From assembly GCF_009834535.1 (NCBI RefSeq), contig NC_045696.1, positions 77,688,001 to 77,752,000 of the forward strand: a DNA stretch of 64,000 nt, written 5' to 3'. Each line of letters starts with the position of its first letter. Within the stretch, counting starts at the first letter, position 1. Shown here in pieces: positions 13,301 to 29,680 of this stretch. The notes under the pieces were generated by a model, which saw nothing but the letters and a program-made list of their open reading frames with translations, had not been told where the DNA came from and ran no database searches. The stretch comes from Camelus ferus. Taxonomy: Eukaryota. Made by a program: the position numbers and the translations under genes.

Positions 13301-15400
13301 GAGCCAAAAAAAAAAAAAAAACCAAAACCCAAAAAACATTATTTTGAAAAATGAATTGAACTGATAAACACTTTGTTTTCCTTTAACATAGTGAAAATTC
13401 TACTCACATTTCTATTTCTGAGTTTTAATATGTATATATCTATCACTGGCACTAGACCATGAGTTCCTCAAGGAGAGAATATTTTTGAATCTTTAATACT
13501 CAGCACAGACTTTAGAACAGATAAATGGAGAAGTTCAGACACACTCCTGTAGAGAGCTCCCAAAGAGAAAACACACTGACATTTCCTATGCAGTCAACAT
13601 CACCATAGTAGATCTTTAGTGTGAGAATGAAAGGCACTTTAAAGAGATGAAACTGTCAAAAGAGCAAGGCTTTCTTGAAATGGGATGGTAGGGTTAAAAC
13701 ACCAATAACATCCGAACCAATAATATCTCAAAGCAATTACTATGGACCTAAGGGCACTTCTGGACTCTTCAAAGTGCTCAGAGATTTGGTACAGATGATG
13801 ATAATTTCATCCAAAGATAAGGAGAATCTTTTCTCCTCACCATTTTCTTTTCCTTTTTTCAGGCAGGTGAAAATGTGTGTGAAGTCATCCTGTTTTTCTC
13901 ACCTTCTCTCTCCTATCAACTTGACTCTCTACTGTACAATCTTGAGTTGTTTGAATTCAAGTCCCAAATTCTATTTCTGCTTATTTGTTATACTCTTCAC
14001 TGAAAAAGCTTTGCTCAAATCGGGTCTCTGAAATGCATGACATAGGCAATTTTCATGGTAAGAAATTGCCAGCAAATATAGCTTTCCCTCACTTCTTAGG
14101 CACAGCAGTTGCTGATGTTAAAGGAACTAGTCATTTGCTTATCACGGGTGAAACAGATTTCACATTGATCGGTTTGACTCAGGATACGGTATTCCAATTA
14201 AGATTGCTAAAAAGAACTACAGGGTTAAAGCTCAAGGTAAAACAAGCAGTGATGCAATGGCATACAGATATTTATGCTCTGCTAGAATTCCACACTACAG
14301 CCATGTTTCGAGTTCATTCTCAATAACACAGAGGAATGAAAGCGGACTTTAGATTATAAAAAATCACATTTTACTGCTATAACTTTTTCTTACTTTAGAA
14401 TCATTTATTTATCAGCCATTAGCCTATACCTCAAAGCTCACTTCCTTTTCTAAAAGAAATGTGTTTTATCGGGTGCGTCCCTCCAAAAACAATGTACACC
14501 TACAGTAGCAGACATTCAGCACGGAGCTCTCTCACAACTGACTTCGAGGGTCTCCTTCTACAGCCCCTGTTGGGTCCTCCACTGCCAAACCATGTCACAG
14601 GGTTGTACACAGACATGTCACTGGGTCAGGGGCAGGAGAGGGTAATAAGCCACTAGTTTTCACTTGAACTTATTTGTATTCTGTCAAATAATCAAGTTTC
14701 ACCTGAATATTGTGTTCCCTGCTAACAGAAACTCTTTTTTAAAATATATCCAATGATAAAAATACATTTTTAAGAGACCAAACAAAAAGACCCAACCCAC
14801 CTAGATGGAAGCACACATCACCATAATTGAAACTACAACAATGCTGTCATGTTGTCACTTAGGGGCCAGGCTACCAGGCTCTAACCATTTGAACCTTCCA
14901 AATTCCCCATGAAATCCCTGTGAGGTGGAGTTTTCAGGCAAGTCTAATTTAGCTATGAATATATAGAGACAACTGAAGATCACCTCACTTACTCAGGTAA
15001 AGAGGAGACCTGAGGCAATTAGCAGAGTAATCCAAGCAGAAAAATTTCCTACTGAGGAAGAGATAATGTTTGCTTGAACTATTCAGAATGGCCATCTATA
15101 ATAATTAAATTCATTAACTCACTCCTTCACTTTGCCTATGAAGACACAGTCTTGTTGCTATTAAAAATAAACACACAAGGCATCTCAAATATTTGTTTGT
15201 GAGTTTGCAAAATGCTCCACTGATTACTTGTAAAATAAGTTCATAAGTTTAATGAACTATAGCTCTCAGAGAATTAGATGAGGGAGTTTCTGAGTGGGTA
15301 GTAAAGATGGGGAAGGAAAGATAAACCATCACAACAAGCTGTTTCTGATTCTCTAAGATTTATCTCCCTATCCAAGTGACCTGCTCGAGGTGAATCTCGT

Positions 15401-15420
15401 ACACACACACACACACACAC
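15401..15420. repeat. (AC)10 microsatellite
   Basis: acacacacacacacacacac. Confidence 0.9.
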
Positions 15421-15591
15421 TATACCATTCATCAGCCACCAGCAATGCATACTCAAAATTTAATGATTTAATAATTGTGATCATAAAAGAGTCAGTGATC
15501 CTTCAGCTTTAAAGGCAACAGGCAGACTTCTTCAGGCACATAAGAATTTGCATATCAGAGTACTCATAAATGGTTTTCAAAACAAGGAAAT

Positions 15592-17997
<2,406 letters not shown>

Positions 17998-18604
17998 TCC
18001 AGATAAAAAAGAGATTACCCCAAAATACCCAGAAATGAAGTGACGGTAATGATAAAACTGGTGTTAAGCGATGAGTCCATTTCAATTAAAAAATAATAAT
18101 GAACAATCAGAAATTACTATTATAAAATAAAATGTATCCTTGATAATATAAATAACAAAAATAAAGTAAATATTAGCAATCAAGGTTTGGGGCTTAGTGG
18201 AAGGTGTTGGAAGTACACTATTAGTAAGTGCCTTCAAGCAGAAATTTAAGGGATGTCATCTTAAGTTGAAACAGCACAATGAATCCAAGCTCTCACAGCT
18301 TTTCAGGATCTATTTTCCTCCATAATAGCGCTTTTTCAGAAACTAATATATCCTATAATGAAGCAAAATTAAATATAATATATTTTTCTTAATATTACAC
18401 GTAAATAATTATTTCATTAAAATACTTCTATTTCATCTCTCTCTCTCTATTCATCTATCTCTGTTTTCCAGCTGTCTATATGCATAGAGAGATTATTAAA
18501 ATGATGCTCATGAGGTAATAACAACAGTTATTGGGAAGGTGAGATTTGGGTTAACTTTGTAAATTTTTAATATTTATATTCATCTTTTGATTGAAATTAT
18601 TATA

Positions 18605-18841
18605 CAGTTGACCCTTGAACAACCTGGGGGTTAGGGATGCCAACCCTCTGCACAGTTGAAAGTCTATGTACAACTTGTAGCCAGCCCTTTGCATATGCAG
18701 TTCTTCTGTATCTGAGGTTCCCCTACATCCCATGGTTCAAACAACCTCACATCATGCAGTACCGTCGTATTTACTATTGACAAGAATCCATGTTATAAGT
18801 GGACCCACGCAGTTCAAAGCCCTGTTGTTCAGGATCTACTG
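18605..18841 (+). mobile_element. TcMar-Tigger non-autonomous DNA transposon (MER8-like)
   Basis: 237 bp with terminal inverted repeats cagttgacccttgaacaac / gttgttcaggatctactg and a TA target duplication on both sides. Confidence 0.85.
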
Positions 18842-21800
18842 TAGTGGCAAGCTTTCAGAAGGCATTTGCAACACTGGTTTCCATGAGAAGAGGAACTGAG
18901 TGATTAGGAGACGTGGATATGGGGAGAATGCTCACAATCTACCCCTTGGTAACTTTAGAATTTTAATCTTGTGAATATTTTAGTCACTGGTAAAAGCATA
19001 TTAAGTTGAACTTATTTTAGCAATTTTATCAAATTTATACACATGAGGATTTAAAAAGCTAAAATCATTAATAATCAAAACAAGTTGAAAATTGAGACTC
19101 AACTTTACTCCAAAGAGACAGCCATAGGGCTGTATTGATATGTGGATATATCAACATAAAGCCCTTGACAGACCTTATTATAAAATAAGTCCTCATAACT
19201 GATAAAAGTGTAGAAACCTTGTTTTTCCATGAATAATATTATATAGTTATCTATCTTCATTCAGTTTGAAAATGATGCTCTGATTTCCCGTTTAATCAGC
19301 ATCGAAAATAAAATGGTTTTGCAACACAAAGATGTTGTAAATTGTTTAAAGAACTGTGCAAAAGCCTTATTTTAGAAGAAATAGAGATGAGTTTGCCTGT
19401 TAAAGGGATACTCAGTGTGGGTACAACAAAGCTAGAAGGTGGTGACAAAAGTGAGTCAGACGGCGGAGTAGGTAATAAAGGAATACCAGGAGAAAAACTA
19501 GTAAGACCGGATTCATGCTGCATATAAAAAACATATTCTCACAAAACTCATCAGTATTTCTCATAAAATAACTATGGTTTGAATTACCAAATTAACATAT
19601 AACTGTAGAGCTCTGAGAAGGATGACTCTTTAGTTTGAATCTTAGAATTTTAAGAAAACAATCCATGAATGAAATAGCTTACATACCTCAGAATAGCTTT
19701 ATGATACACTTGAAATAAATTTTCAAAAAAATCGCTATTTTTACAAGCCCATTAACAGATTTACAAAAGCTAGGAGAGTCATGAATCATGCCAATAAATC
19801 CTAAATTAAAAATATTTTTGACTTACAAATCTTTACTGCACACCTGGATAAAAATGACATATTTATAAATCAGTGTTTTTTGGACAGGTGCCATTTTGAT
19901 TGCTTTTACAAGTCCTAGTCTTATTTCAGTTCAAAGTTCTGATTTATGAATCTTAACTGGTTCTTTCTTCAATAGCTAGTTCAGTCTTTTGAAGTTCAGG
20001 TTTTGTAATGAGCTACATAAGTGATTATGCAATCTTTTCCCTGTCTTTTTCTGAAGGGGAAAAAAAAAATCTACCCTATTTGCTTAGGTGCCACGAGCAA
20101 GCAGTCTTGTTCGGCAGGATTTTCATTTAAAGGCACTAACAGATTATTTTTCTCTATAGAACAAACAGGATAAGAGGCTAAATTTCCCATTATTGGAAAG
20201 ATATCTCTGCAGAAAAAAGCAAAATAAAATCAGAATCTGTATTTCTGCATACTACTCATTATCTGGTACTTATGGTTTAGTCATAAACCGATGTTCCTGA
20301 ATGGGGTTAAGATGGAAATGTGTTTCTGGCAGTTTCAACCAAGTACTACGAAGAAGCCAGCACAATTTCTAAAAATTAATGATTAATGTTTGACTTTAGT
20401 TCAAGTTCTAATTCAGCAACATTTCCCTCCCTCAGCATTTCCTGCTCCATCAGGCTTCAGTAATTAAAGTTATGTTTAAATCCTGAAATAGCAGTGTTCC
20501 AAAGGTGGGAAAAAAACGATCTCTTTTGGTAACATTTTAATAGAAGAAATCATGGATTAGAACCCTAGCCATTTTAGACCTGGTCTCAGAAAAGAATGTA
20601 ATTTAATGAGAAATTACCTAAGAACAAATTTTTGCATTATAGCAATATTTCAACATGATAATAAATTGAAAAAATTTAAGTTCTCTGATCATTAATATTT
20701 CCAATGATTCATTCCAGGTAAAATGAGAGAAAAATATTTTCTAAACAATAGTAGAATCACCCCATTATGGATAAAAGCTTAAAGTAGTTTGGATTTCAGA
20801 GACACAAATAATTGTCTCTTTAAAAATTAAAAAAAAAAAAAAGGAATTTAACACATGTAACTTGACTTTTTCCGCAAGAAATTCTCTTTCTTTCTAAGTA
20901 ATTGTAAAGGAATTTAGCTATTTATTTCCAGCAAGCTGCCAATCTTCTAATACCTTCTTTAAAATGGTTTGTAAAATTGAGACACAAACTCCAAGGACAG
21001 GCTCATGTAAAATTTCTAGCGATTTTACTCCTTTGGACAAATAAGAAACCAAACCAAAACAGCTAAGATTCACACAAAATGGAATCTAAATATGTAAGTG
21101 ATATTTCCTTCATTATCTCAACATCTATCAGTGTACATCTCATGTTAACATTACTTTAACAACAAATTCCAGTATACCTGAAACCGTCATTATGAAAAAG
21201 ATAGTAGATGCTAGCAACTTAATGTAAAAAAGCACTAGGTTAAATTCACACCAAAAAATACTATTGCTGGACAAGCATGCATTTTTTTCTTCAAATAATT
21301 TAAAAGCTTATTCATGGACCTAAATTTCAGATATATCCAGCAAGATAGGTCAGAGCATTTTACTTTCCAAAGACTGGAATAAACATTTTTCAGAAATTTA
21401 TCATAGGTGTAAGGGCAAAGGATGCTCAAATTATTGTCAAAACTTGCAAATTCTCAAGTCTTAAATCATGAATGACTATTATAAATTGATTCATTTCTTT
21501 AAAACAAGATTAAAATGAAGTTTTACTATGAGATACATTTAAAACATCTTTCTGTTGTTTAGAGATTAAATATTTATATTTTTCTTTTTATTTTACAACT
21601 AGAGGCCACTAACTAGGAATTTTCACGACTGCTCTGTAACTGCATCTAGCATCTCTAGCGACCTGAAAATTAATATGCCTTAGAGTGTATTTTTTATTTA
21701 TAACATTCTTCCTGTATGTTGTACTTCAAAATAACAATGTGTATAAAGAAACACTGTTTTCCAAAGTGCTGCCAATTTTGTATAAATATTTTTAAGTGCC

Positions 21801-22074
21801 ATGGGTCAAGAACAAGAGACTTCTCCATTATTCCATTTAAATAACACTTAGATGTCTTACAAAATTTTTTAAGTTCCTATTAATGGAGAACAATTGTATG
21901 AACATAAAATTCTAATTGAAAGTGTTACTAGTTTGGATTAAAACATAAAAAAATACAATTTTTAAAGTCAAGTTAATGAAGTTTATTTAATTATTCTTAA
22001 ACTTTCTGATCTTCATAAGTCAGTCGTTGAGTTTCTATTTTACTTTCAAATGGTTGTTGCTGACTGTCCCCAGT

Positions 22075-22270
22075 TTTGATTAAGAGCACAGACTCTGGAA
22101 CCAGACTGCCTGGGTTCACAGCCCAGCTTTGCCACTTGCTGGCCCTCTTAGCTTGGTCAAGTGACTACTTTTTAGCTGTATGCCTCTCTTTCTTCATCTG
22201 TAAAATGTGGACAATAATAATAGAGCTTACTTTACAAAGTTGTTGTGAGGAATTGAATCAAGTAAGCTCT
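22075..22270 (+). mobile_element. MIR SINE
   Basis: ttaagagcacagactctggaaccagactgcctgggttcacagcccagctttgccacttgct...ttcttcatctgtaaaatgtggacaataataatag is close to the MIR consensus. Confidence 0.9.
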
Positions 22271-24459
22271 ACACAAGAGTTTAACATTATTATTTCACTT
22301 TTATGTTATTGATTGTGAAATTATTATCAAACACTGAAAAGGGCTTTTGATAAAACAGACTAAGCTTCATTATTCAAGTGAACGGTGTCCTTCATGGTAT
22401 CACTTTGTTTTTGATAAATCATGCATTTACCTCATACTGTCTGTCACTAATCAAAGAAATTTTAGATTTTCTCCTTTGGAACTGCCTTTGGAGTCATTCC
22501 AAAGCCAAATAAGAATATTAATTTTATTCATCACTCCTAGTGCTGCAAACAGTATTTCCTAATTTGGTCTTCAATGTAATAAATAGATACGACCTTAAAA
22601 CATTGATGTTAACAACAATAATGACAAAAGTCAGATTTACAGAATATTTTATATACCAAGTATAGCATTAAGGATTTTACAGTTATAATCTCATTTGATT
22701 AACTTTGACCAATTTGAAAAGAAATGTTTTCATCCTCAGTGAATAAAGATGCATATCACTGGGAAACATTCTTTAAAAAATGTGAAGAAAATCTTGAAGG
22801 TGATTTCAACATAAAAGGCCACAAAAAGTTTTGATACATTATGATGTAACTCATGTCATAGGTGACCACTGGGACTAAGAAAGGCACAAGTCTCTGGATG
22901 CCATATACTATCATAGTTTGGTTAAAACAGATTGCCACTTGATTTCAAAGTCATCAGCCATTAAATACCTTTGATTAACATGTCATTCATAAATAGCAAT
23001 GAATAAAAAACTAAAACAAGCCATCCTTAGTTTAGGCTACACATTTCCTCTTTTTTAAGTGGTTCGGGGAGTTAGCATGAGGAAGCATGAGGGAAGATAC
23101 GTCAGTAAGGGACGCTCTGGTCCTGCTGACTTTCAGTGAACCACTGTAGAATAATCTGGTCTCTAAAACTCTGGTTAAATCCCCCAAAGTAAAATGTTTA
23201 ATCTTCTGTTACTCACTGGTTAAATGGGGATGATACTCACTAAAAATAATGAATGTAAAACACATGATACAGTGCCGAGCACATCATAATGCATAATAAA
23301 TAATGACTAACATTTATTAATAACAGCTATTAATGGTCATAAAATTTGCATCTGAAAAAAGAATATCAAAGCACAAAGATGTAAGATTTTTTTGTTTTGT
23401 TTTTACTGCATTCAAAACCTTCTTGGTCTTTAACTATTCATTATAACAAATGGAAAACTGAGGTAATGTAGTTTTGTCAAAAGAAAAAATATGATCTTTA
23501 TGTGTAAACACTACTGACATTGCTACCAAGGCAAAACCTGACTAGGAGAAATTAGATTGTTGCAAAGGAGACAGCAAGAGTGAGAAAGGGACAGAAAACT
23601 TATTAACATTTGTATACAGAAACAAACAATATAAAGGTACAGAAATGGCTTGAAGTAACATTATTCCCTCCTCATTAATGTTCCCTTACACTGTATGATT
23701 GCTGTGATTTATTCTTTGGTCACTTAAACAAGACCAAAACCTCATTCACATGTAGTAGAGCTGCAGCTTTTAGACAGTTTCATTTTTGTGCTTGAAAAAT
23801 GAAAATATCTGAAAATGCAGTAAAAGCAGTCTGCAATACTAAAGTAAAATTACAGTGCTATTCTTAAGGTTATCATAATAGAGCAAACAATAGCTCGTAA
23901 AAAAGATTTGTGGCCAGGGCATAAAACTTACCAAATGCCACAATGGTTCTCTCTCTGAGCTACATAAGCCAAACTAAGGGATATTATGGCATTTTAGTAA
24001 CTAGCAGCAGCAAAAGTTCATTATGAAGAATAAAGATGTGAAAAAGACTAAGGTAATCAGCTTTCTCCATCTCTCTGGATAATTATCAGAATAATGTGCT
24101 CCCACCAGAGGTCACGTACTGTCTAATGAAATAGTTCATTTGTAGAAAGGGTGTAGTAATTCTTACCCCTGGAAGGAGGGCGTAGTATTAAACCAGTGTA
24201 ATTACTGTAACCGAGCTGTGCTGTGTGATGATGGGTGCTCTTTTCCCAGTGCAGGATGGACAGTCCAGTATGCAGTGAGTGCCCAACAACTGGTCAGAGG
24301 ATAAATGAGCTGCCTTAATACGAATCATCTTCAATAGAAACTATGGTAGATTTCAAGGGTCTCAAAACCAATGAATCTAACACTTCAAACAGATACTCTG
24401 AGAGTCCTCTCAGGATAGACTCAAGTAGAAGGAAAAATATCCTTAAGTCTTACTTCAGG

Positions 24460-24594
24460 TTTTTTTTTTTTTTTTAAGTCCTTATTTAAAACATTTTTTC
24501 CCTTTCTTACTTTGTTTTAACGGCGGGCCTGGGGACTGGGCCCAGCACTTGTGCTTGCTTACCACGCTCTCTACCATTGAGCTATATTCCCCCC
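24460..24594 (-). mobile_element. tRNA-derived SINE, camelid Vic-1-like
   Basis: Minus strand ggggaatatagctcaatggtagagagcgtggtaagcaagcacaagtgctgggcccagtccccagg with an A-box, an A-rich tail and poly(A). Flanking repeat acttcag(g)tttt at 24452 and 24598. Confidence 0.8.
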
Positions 24595-26029
24595 AAAACT
24601 TCAGTTTTGTAACTGAAAAAAACATGTCTGAGGTGATGGGAACACCAAAGAATCCTGAGGACAGGTGAAAACCAAGCTGCACACATCCTAACTTCCAGTT
24701 CCGTGTTGTTCTGGCTGCTAAACCTGATTCTACTTACACAAACATTATGATATTGGACCTCTGTGACCTACTCTGCCTGTGCTGCCATCAATAAGAACAG
24801 TACTCTAGGAAACAAAGAGGATAAGACCTCAGCCACAGAACACAAGCCCGGCACGGGACGCCAGCCATTCCTTCCTGTCTCCTCGTCTCTAAACCCACGC
24901 AAACAACAAACAGTTTTCTAGCTCACAGAGGAGGAGATCACTTGAACTGTTAAAAATGTGTGACAAATTGGCTCTTTTGTTCATATTTTCATTCTCAGGT
25001 ATTGGATTTTGAAGCATCTGACCCAGAGAATATAAGTCAATTTATATCACTTCAGATTTTTTTCCCCCTTTTTCCTTGCCAGCAGAGACATCAGTTACAC
25101 AAATTTTCACATGATTTTGAAAACATTTATATACATCTGAAACATCTGAAAAACTGGAACTTAGGATATTTACTACACTATATCATATTAATCTGTTAAA
25201 AATGTACCCTGTACTACATGTATATGAAATCTAAAGATGGCTATAGAAGGAATAAATAGATCAATTAACTCAAGTTCTAGTATTTTAACTAAATGCTAAA
25301 ATATTTAAGATCTTATTATTAATATTATTTAACTTTAAATTCCTAGGCCTATCTAAAAACAAGATTTTTTTAAAAATTCACCCTCTTATTTATATTAAAA
25401 TGTAATCTATTCTGCCAAGATGCTAAAATTTCCAAGTATAAACTGAAATCAGTATTTAATGATTTTGTGTTCACTTGAACTAATATTTCTATGACTATAT
25501 ACTTATGCTCCAGGGACTAATTCTGCTATCTCTAAAGCTGAGATAAGAGTTAAAAAACAAACAAACAAACAACAAAAAACCCTGAACTCCTCCATCAGTG
25601 TGGGTTCATGGCACATAAGAATGATGCTTTTCATTTAAATTTCAAACCAGAAAGTTTTCTTGTTAGATCGGTGCCTACATACGCATAAATTTTGAGAATA
25701 GGCACTTTAAAAATATCATCTATCATTTATTGGTTAGAACAGTTAGTTTGAAAAAAAAATGTTGCTGCTATATTACCAATGCTAAAATAAAGATAATAAG
25801 TTCACATACTCTAATATGGGCAAGTACCCTACCAAGTATTTGAGAAGTCCGTTCTAGAAAGAGGATCTTGGGGATGAATCTAGGAACCTGAGTTCTCATC
25901 TTAGTTCTGTCCCCTCACTCTGAACTTCTTCTTCTTTTTTTTTTTTTTTTTTTGGTAAAGTCAGATATGTTGGAACAGATGCTTTCCAAGGTCCACTGCA
26001 GCTCTTTTCGGAAACACATAAATACTAGA

Positions 26030-26230
26030 AAAGGCAGTTTTGCATCATGGGAAAAAGGCTTGGTTTCAGTAATCTAGATTCTATTCTGGATAACTGCAGT
26101 AGGCAGTTTTGTGACTTTGAACAAATTTCTTAACCTCTCTAAATTTCAGTTTTTTCATCTGTAAAGTAGGGACACTGTCATTTGCATCTACTTCAAGTGC
26201 TCATTCTGGTGAACAGGATTTTGAAAATAA
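26030..26230 (+). mobile_element. MIR SINE
   Basis: gtgactttgaacaaatttcttaacctctctaaatttcagttttttcatctgtaaagtaggg. Confidence 0.75.
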
Positions 26231-29200
26231 TATATTAAAAATTTTTTAAAAATGTTAAGATGCCACCATCATAAACTGGAAACATATTACTGTTTATTGT
26301 GCTAGGACTGAATAATGTCAGAATTTATTCTAGCATTTAAATTCTATGAGACAATAAAAATGTGACAGGAACACAGAAACAAAACAAAGATTTCTACTTG
26401 TAATCTGCCTTTATGTGTTTAGGACTTAACCACCTAGTTTATAATTCTAAGTTGAAAGATTTTCAAAATTTTTAAGTGTTTATACAAATTTACATTTTTA
26501 TGATGGGAAATTACTGTTTGAAATCCATAAAAGGTTGGTTTGAAGTCATAATGTGAAAAAATATATCTAAAAGGATATATATTTTCAAATTAACTCAATG
26601 TTTAGAGATTGACAAGTAATTGGTTTAAAATATGGCCTTGTAACTGTATGAGCTATGTCACCATGCATACAATCTTGATTACACCAATTTCACTTTCTTA
26701 TTGTAAGTTTCGAGTTCTACTGAGCTTAAATCATGAACTTTGATGGATGAGATAGACTGTTGTGTCTGTCTGGGCAGGTGTGAGATAAATTGCTGGGCAG
26801 GTTATGATCTTTGGGCAAATTACTCTCCTTGACTACAATATATATCGATGAGCTATGTCAGTGTTCATATACACACTTGTCAGTTGCATTACCCAGGTAA
26901 TGAAAATACAGGTTAAGGGACCATCAAAATGAAGGGGGAGAAATTCACTGTGTCATAGGAAATTAGTAAAAGAATCATCATTTTAAGCTAGAAACATAAT
27001 GAGGTAAAACCTTTGGTAGATTTTAATACAGAAAAAAATTCAAACCACTTAGTCAACTATAAATAATCTTATTTTTTCATATCCATCCAGAATTAGTTTT
27101 ATTCAATACAAATGAAAGTGAACATGATTATAATTTAGGGTGTTTTAAGCGGGAAAGAGCAGGTAAAAGGCTTATAATTTCAATGCAATAAATTTTGACC
27201 ATTCATTCAAAGTAAAAAGTGCTTTGTTATTGTTTTGAGGTTAATAAAGCAAAAAGCATTGATTCATTTGTTCTAGTAAAGAGATCTTCAGAATATATGA
27301 ATATTTTATTCAGAATCCTTTCAGCAGATGTATCATCTAAGCCTAGGAGTAAGGCACTCTTCCAGGCACTGAGGATTAATGTAGGAGATTATTAATGATC
27401 ATTAATCCCCAATGAAGCTTGATTTCTATAAATTAGCCCTTGCATGTTTCTGCTCCCTCATGAAAGCATGAATCAATCTTGGCTTCATGATATAGAGTGT
27501 TAGACATGCCATACACAAAATACATCTATATCCAAGAAGAATGCAAATTTTAGGAAGAAGCCAGATGATTTCCAATGATTTCGTGTTTTACCGAACTCCT
27601 ATCTGATATTCTCTTCCTTAAAATCTAAAAAAGTCCTCCCATCCTCCCACTAGCCTAGGCTATTCCAGGCTAGTGAACTGATGCCAATGCACAGACGTAA
27701 TTACTTATGAGAATGAGAGTTTGGAAGAGCGAACTAGAAGCTACCAGAAAATACTATAACAGTCTTCAGAGTAGAAAAATAAAAGAAATTTTCTAAGAAC
27801 TGCTTTATCTATCCCCATTACTGCTCAACACAATTGTATACTTTTATATCCCCCATTTTGTTTCTCTCCGATAGACCTTATTCCTAAAGACTGGTGAACA
27901 GTCTAATCTTAAAAGGAGGCCCATTATGCCATGAAAATACATCATGCACATATCACTTACCTATGTGCATTCCTAAGGTCTGATACTCAAGTCAAAAAGT
28001 ATGCTATTTGTTCTTATTTTCCTAAAACCCGGATACTCTGTAATTTTATAAATACTGCTATCCCAAATTAACAAATTTCAGATTTAAAAGTTATATATAT
28101 GTAAAATAATTTATCTCAATAAACATAAAGTAAAATTTCCAAGTCTTCTGCTAATTTTAATTTCAAAAGAAGAGTTGTACCTCATCTTAATTATGTCAAG
28201 ATTTCTAACGTGGTAGATCTTCACAAAACTCTCAAAATATTTTTGTAAAGAAGAATTTTACTTTAATACTATATTACTCTTTTTCATGGCAAATAGAACA
28301 ATTAAGTTTCTTTTCCTAATTAGTATAAAAGTTTAGCAAAGAATAATACTTGTAAAATTGTAAGAGAATCTGATATAAAAATAAGAACTTTGCTTGAGAA
28401 CAGTAATTTACTTTCGAGTATGAAGACAGTTGATTCGAGCATTACACAAAAAGTAGCAGGAGATATATCCTCATTACCATCCCTGGCAATCCATGCTTCT
28501 ATCATTTAGATAAACAGATAAAATCAAAAAGTCTCTCTTTTGTTCTGATCCTCATGCAAATTTCTTACAACACAAAGGTCATACAAAACTATGATATTAT
28601 TTGACATTATTTTAATAATAATCTAGAATCATATAACTGTTTCTGTCTGCAAAACACCCTAGAATGAAGACACAACATCTTTTTGGAAAGCTTTTAAAGG
28701 GTCTCATATAGTAGCACAGTGCATTTTTCAGTCATTATAAGATTGATATCTTATGTTGTCTTGATCCAGGCAGACCCTACTCATGGCCCAAATTTGTGTT
28801 TGGCAGTACCCAGCTGAAAACAGAATTCCATTTCTTTGGAAACATACCAACTTACAGAGGCTTAAAAGACAAAGAACCCACATGCTACATATAGAAATCT
28901 AGCTCCTCTTTGACTAGCTAGTTGGGTGGGATACAACCATCTCAAGATCAAATTAAATTTTATAGAATAATGATTTCATCTATTTTATTCTTAAGAATGT
29001 CTTGAGCTAAGAAAGATTTTACTAACTAAATACCTTTAATTGAATACTGAACTTAATCAATTCAACTGCATAAAGTAGACTGTTATTCTATTAATTACAA
29101 AGTACTTAATTTATCAGTGAGATCTACTGATGTCTATACAGTTTGCTCTATACTGATGAACATTCCAATAACTAGAAAAGCAAGCAATGGGAAGTCGGGG

Positions 29201-29479
29201 AAATTTAAGAAAGTAGAAAATAGATTACCTGTTGCTAATTACCAAGAAGTAATGAACGGTTCATTAGGTATACTCCTGTAACATGCAAGGGATGCGATGG
29301 CCTAGGTTTAAAAATGTAAACAGATTTTTGCACTTTTCTTAAAATGCTGTGATGATCTGATAACCCATAAAGAAAAATCATATAATCACTGGGAAGTATT
29401 AATCTTTCCACTGGCTCTTTTTCTCATGGTCAAGCTTTGGGGGGAATAAAAGTATTAAAGGTTCTGTTAGTAAATACAC

Positions 29480-29680
29480 AGTAGTAACTAATATTTATTA
29501 GTTACTAGGCATGAGGCATGCGATCTGCAAAACAACCGTAGTTGGTAGATATTATTATTATCAGCAATTTACAGACAAAGCAAGAAAGATTCTGAGAGTT
29601 TAAATCTATCAAACTGACACAGTTACTAAATAGTGAACCTAGGATTAAAAATCACATCTACATCCAGAGTCTTCACATCC
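29480..29680 (-). mobile_element. MIR SINE
   Basis: Reverse MIR core: tagatattattattatcagcaatttacagacaaag...ctgagagttt...acacagttactaaatagtgaacctaggatt. Confidence 0.6.

Noticed and set aside
19680..19805. Minus-strand acceptor/donor pair (ttttaatttag...CTGAG|gtatgt)
   Set aside because: Stops in all three frames and no similarity to NAALADL2.
27955..28030. Strong minus-strand donor ATAG|gtaagtg with an upstream AG
   Set aside because: Stops in all frames; such motifs are expected by chance in 60 kb of intron.
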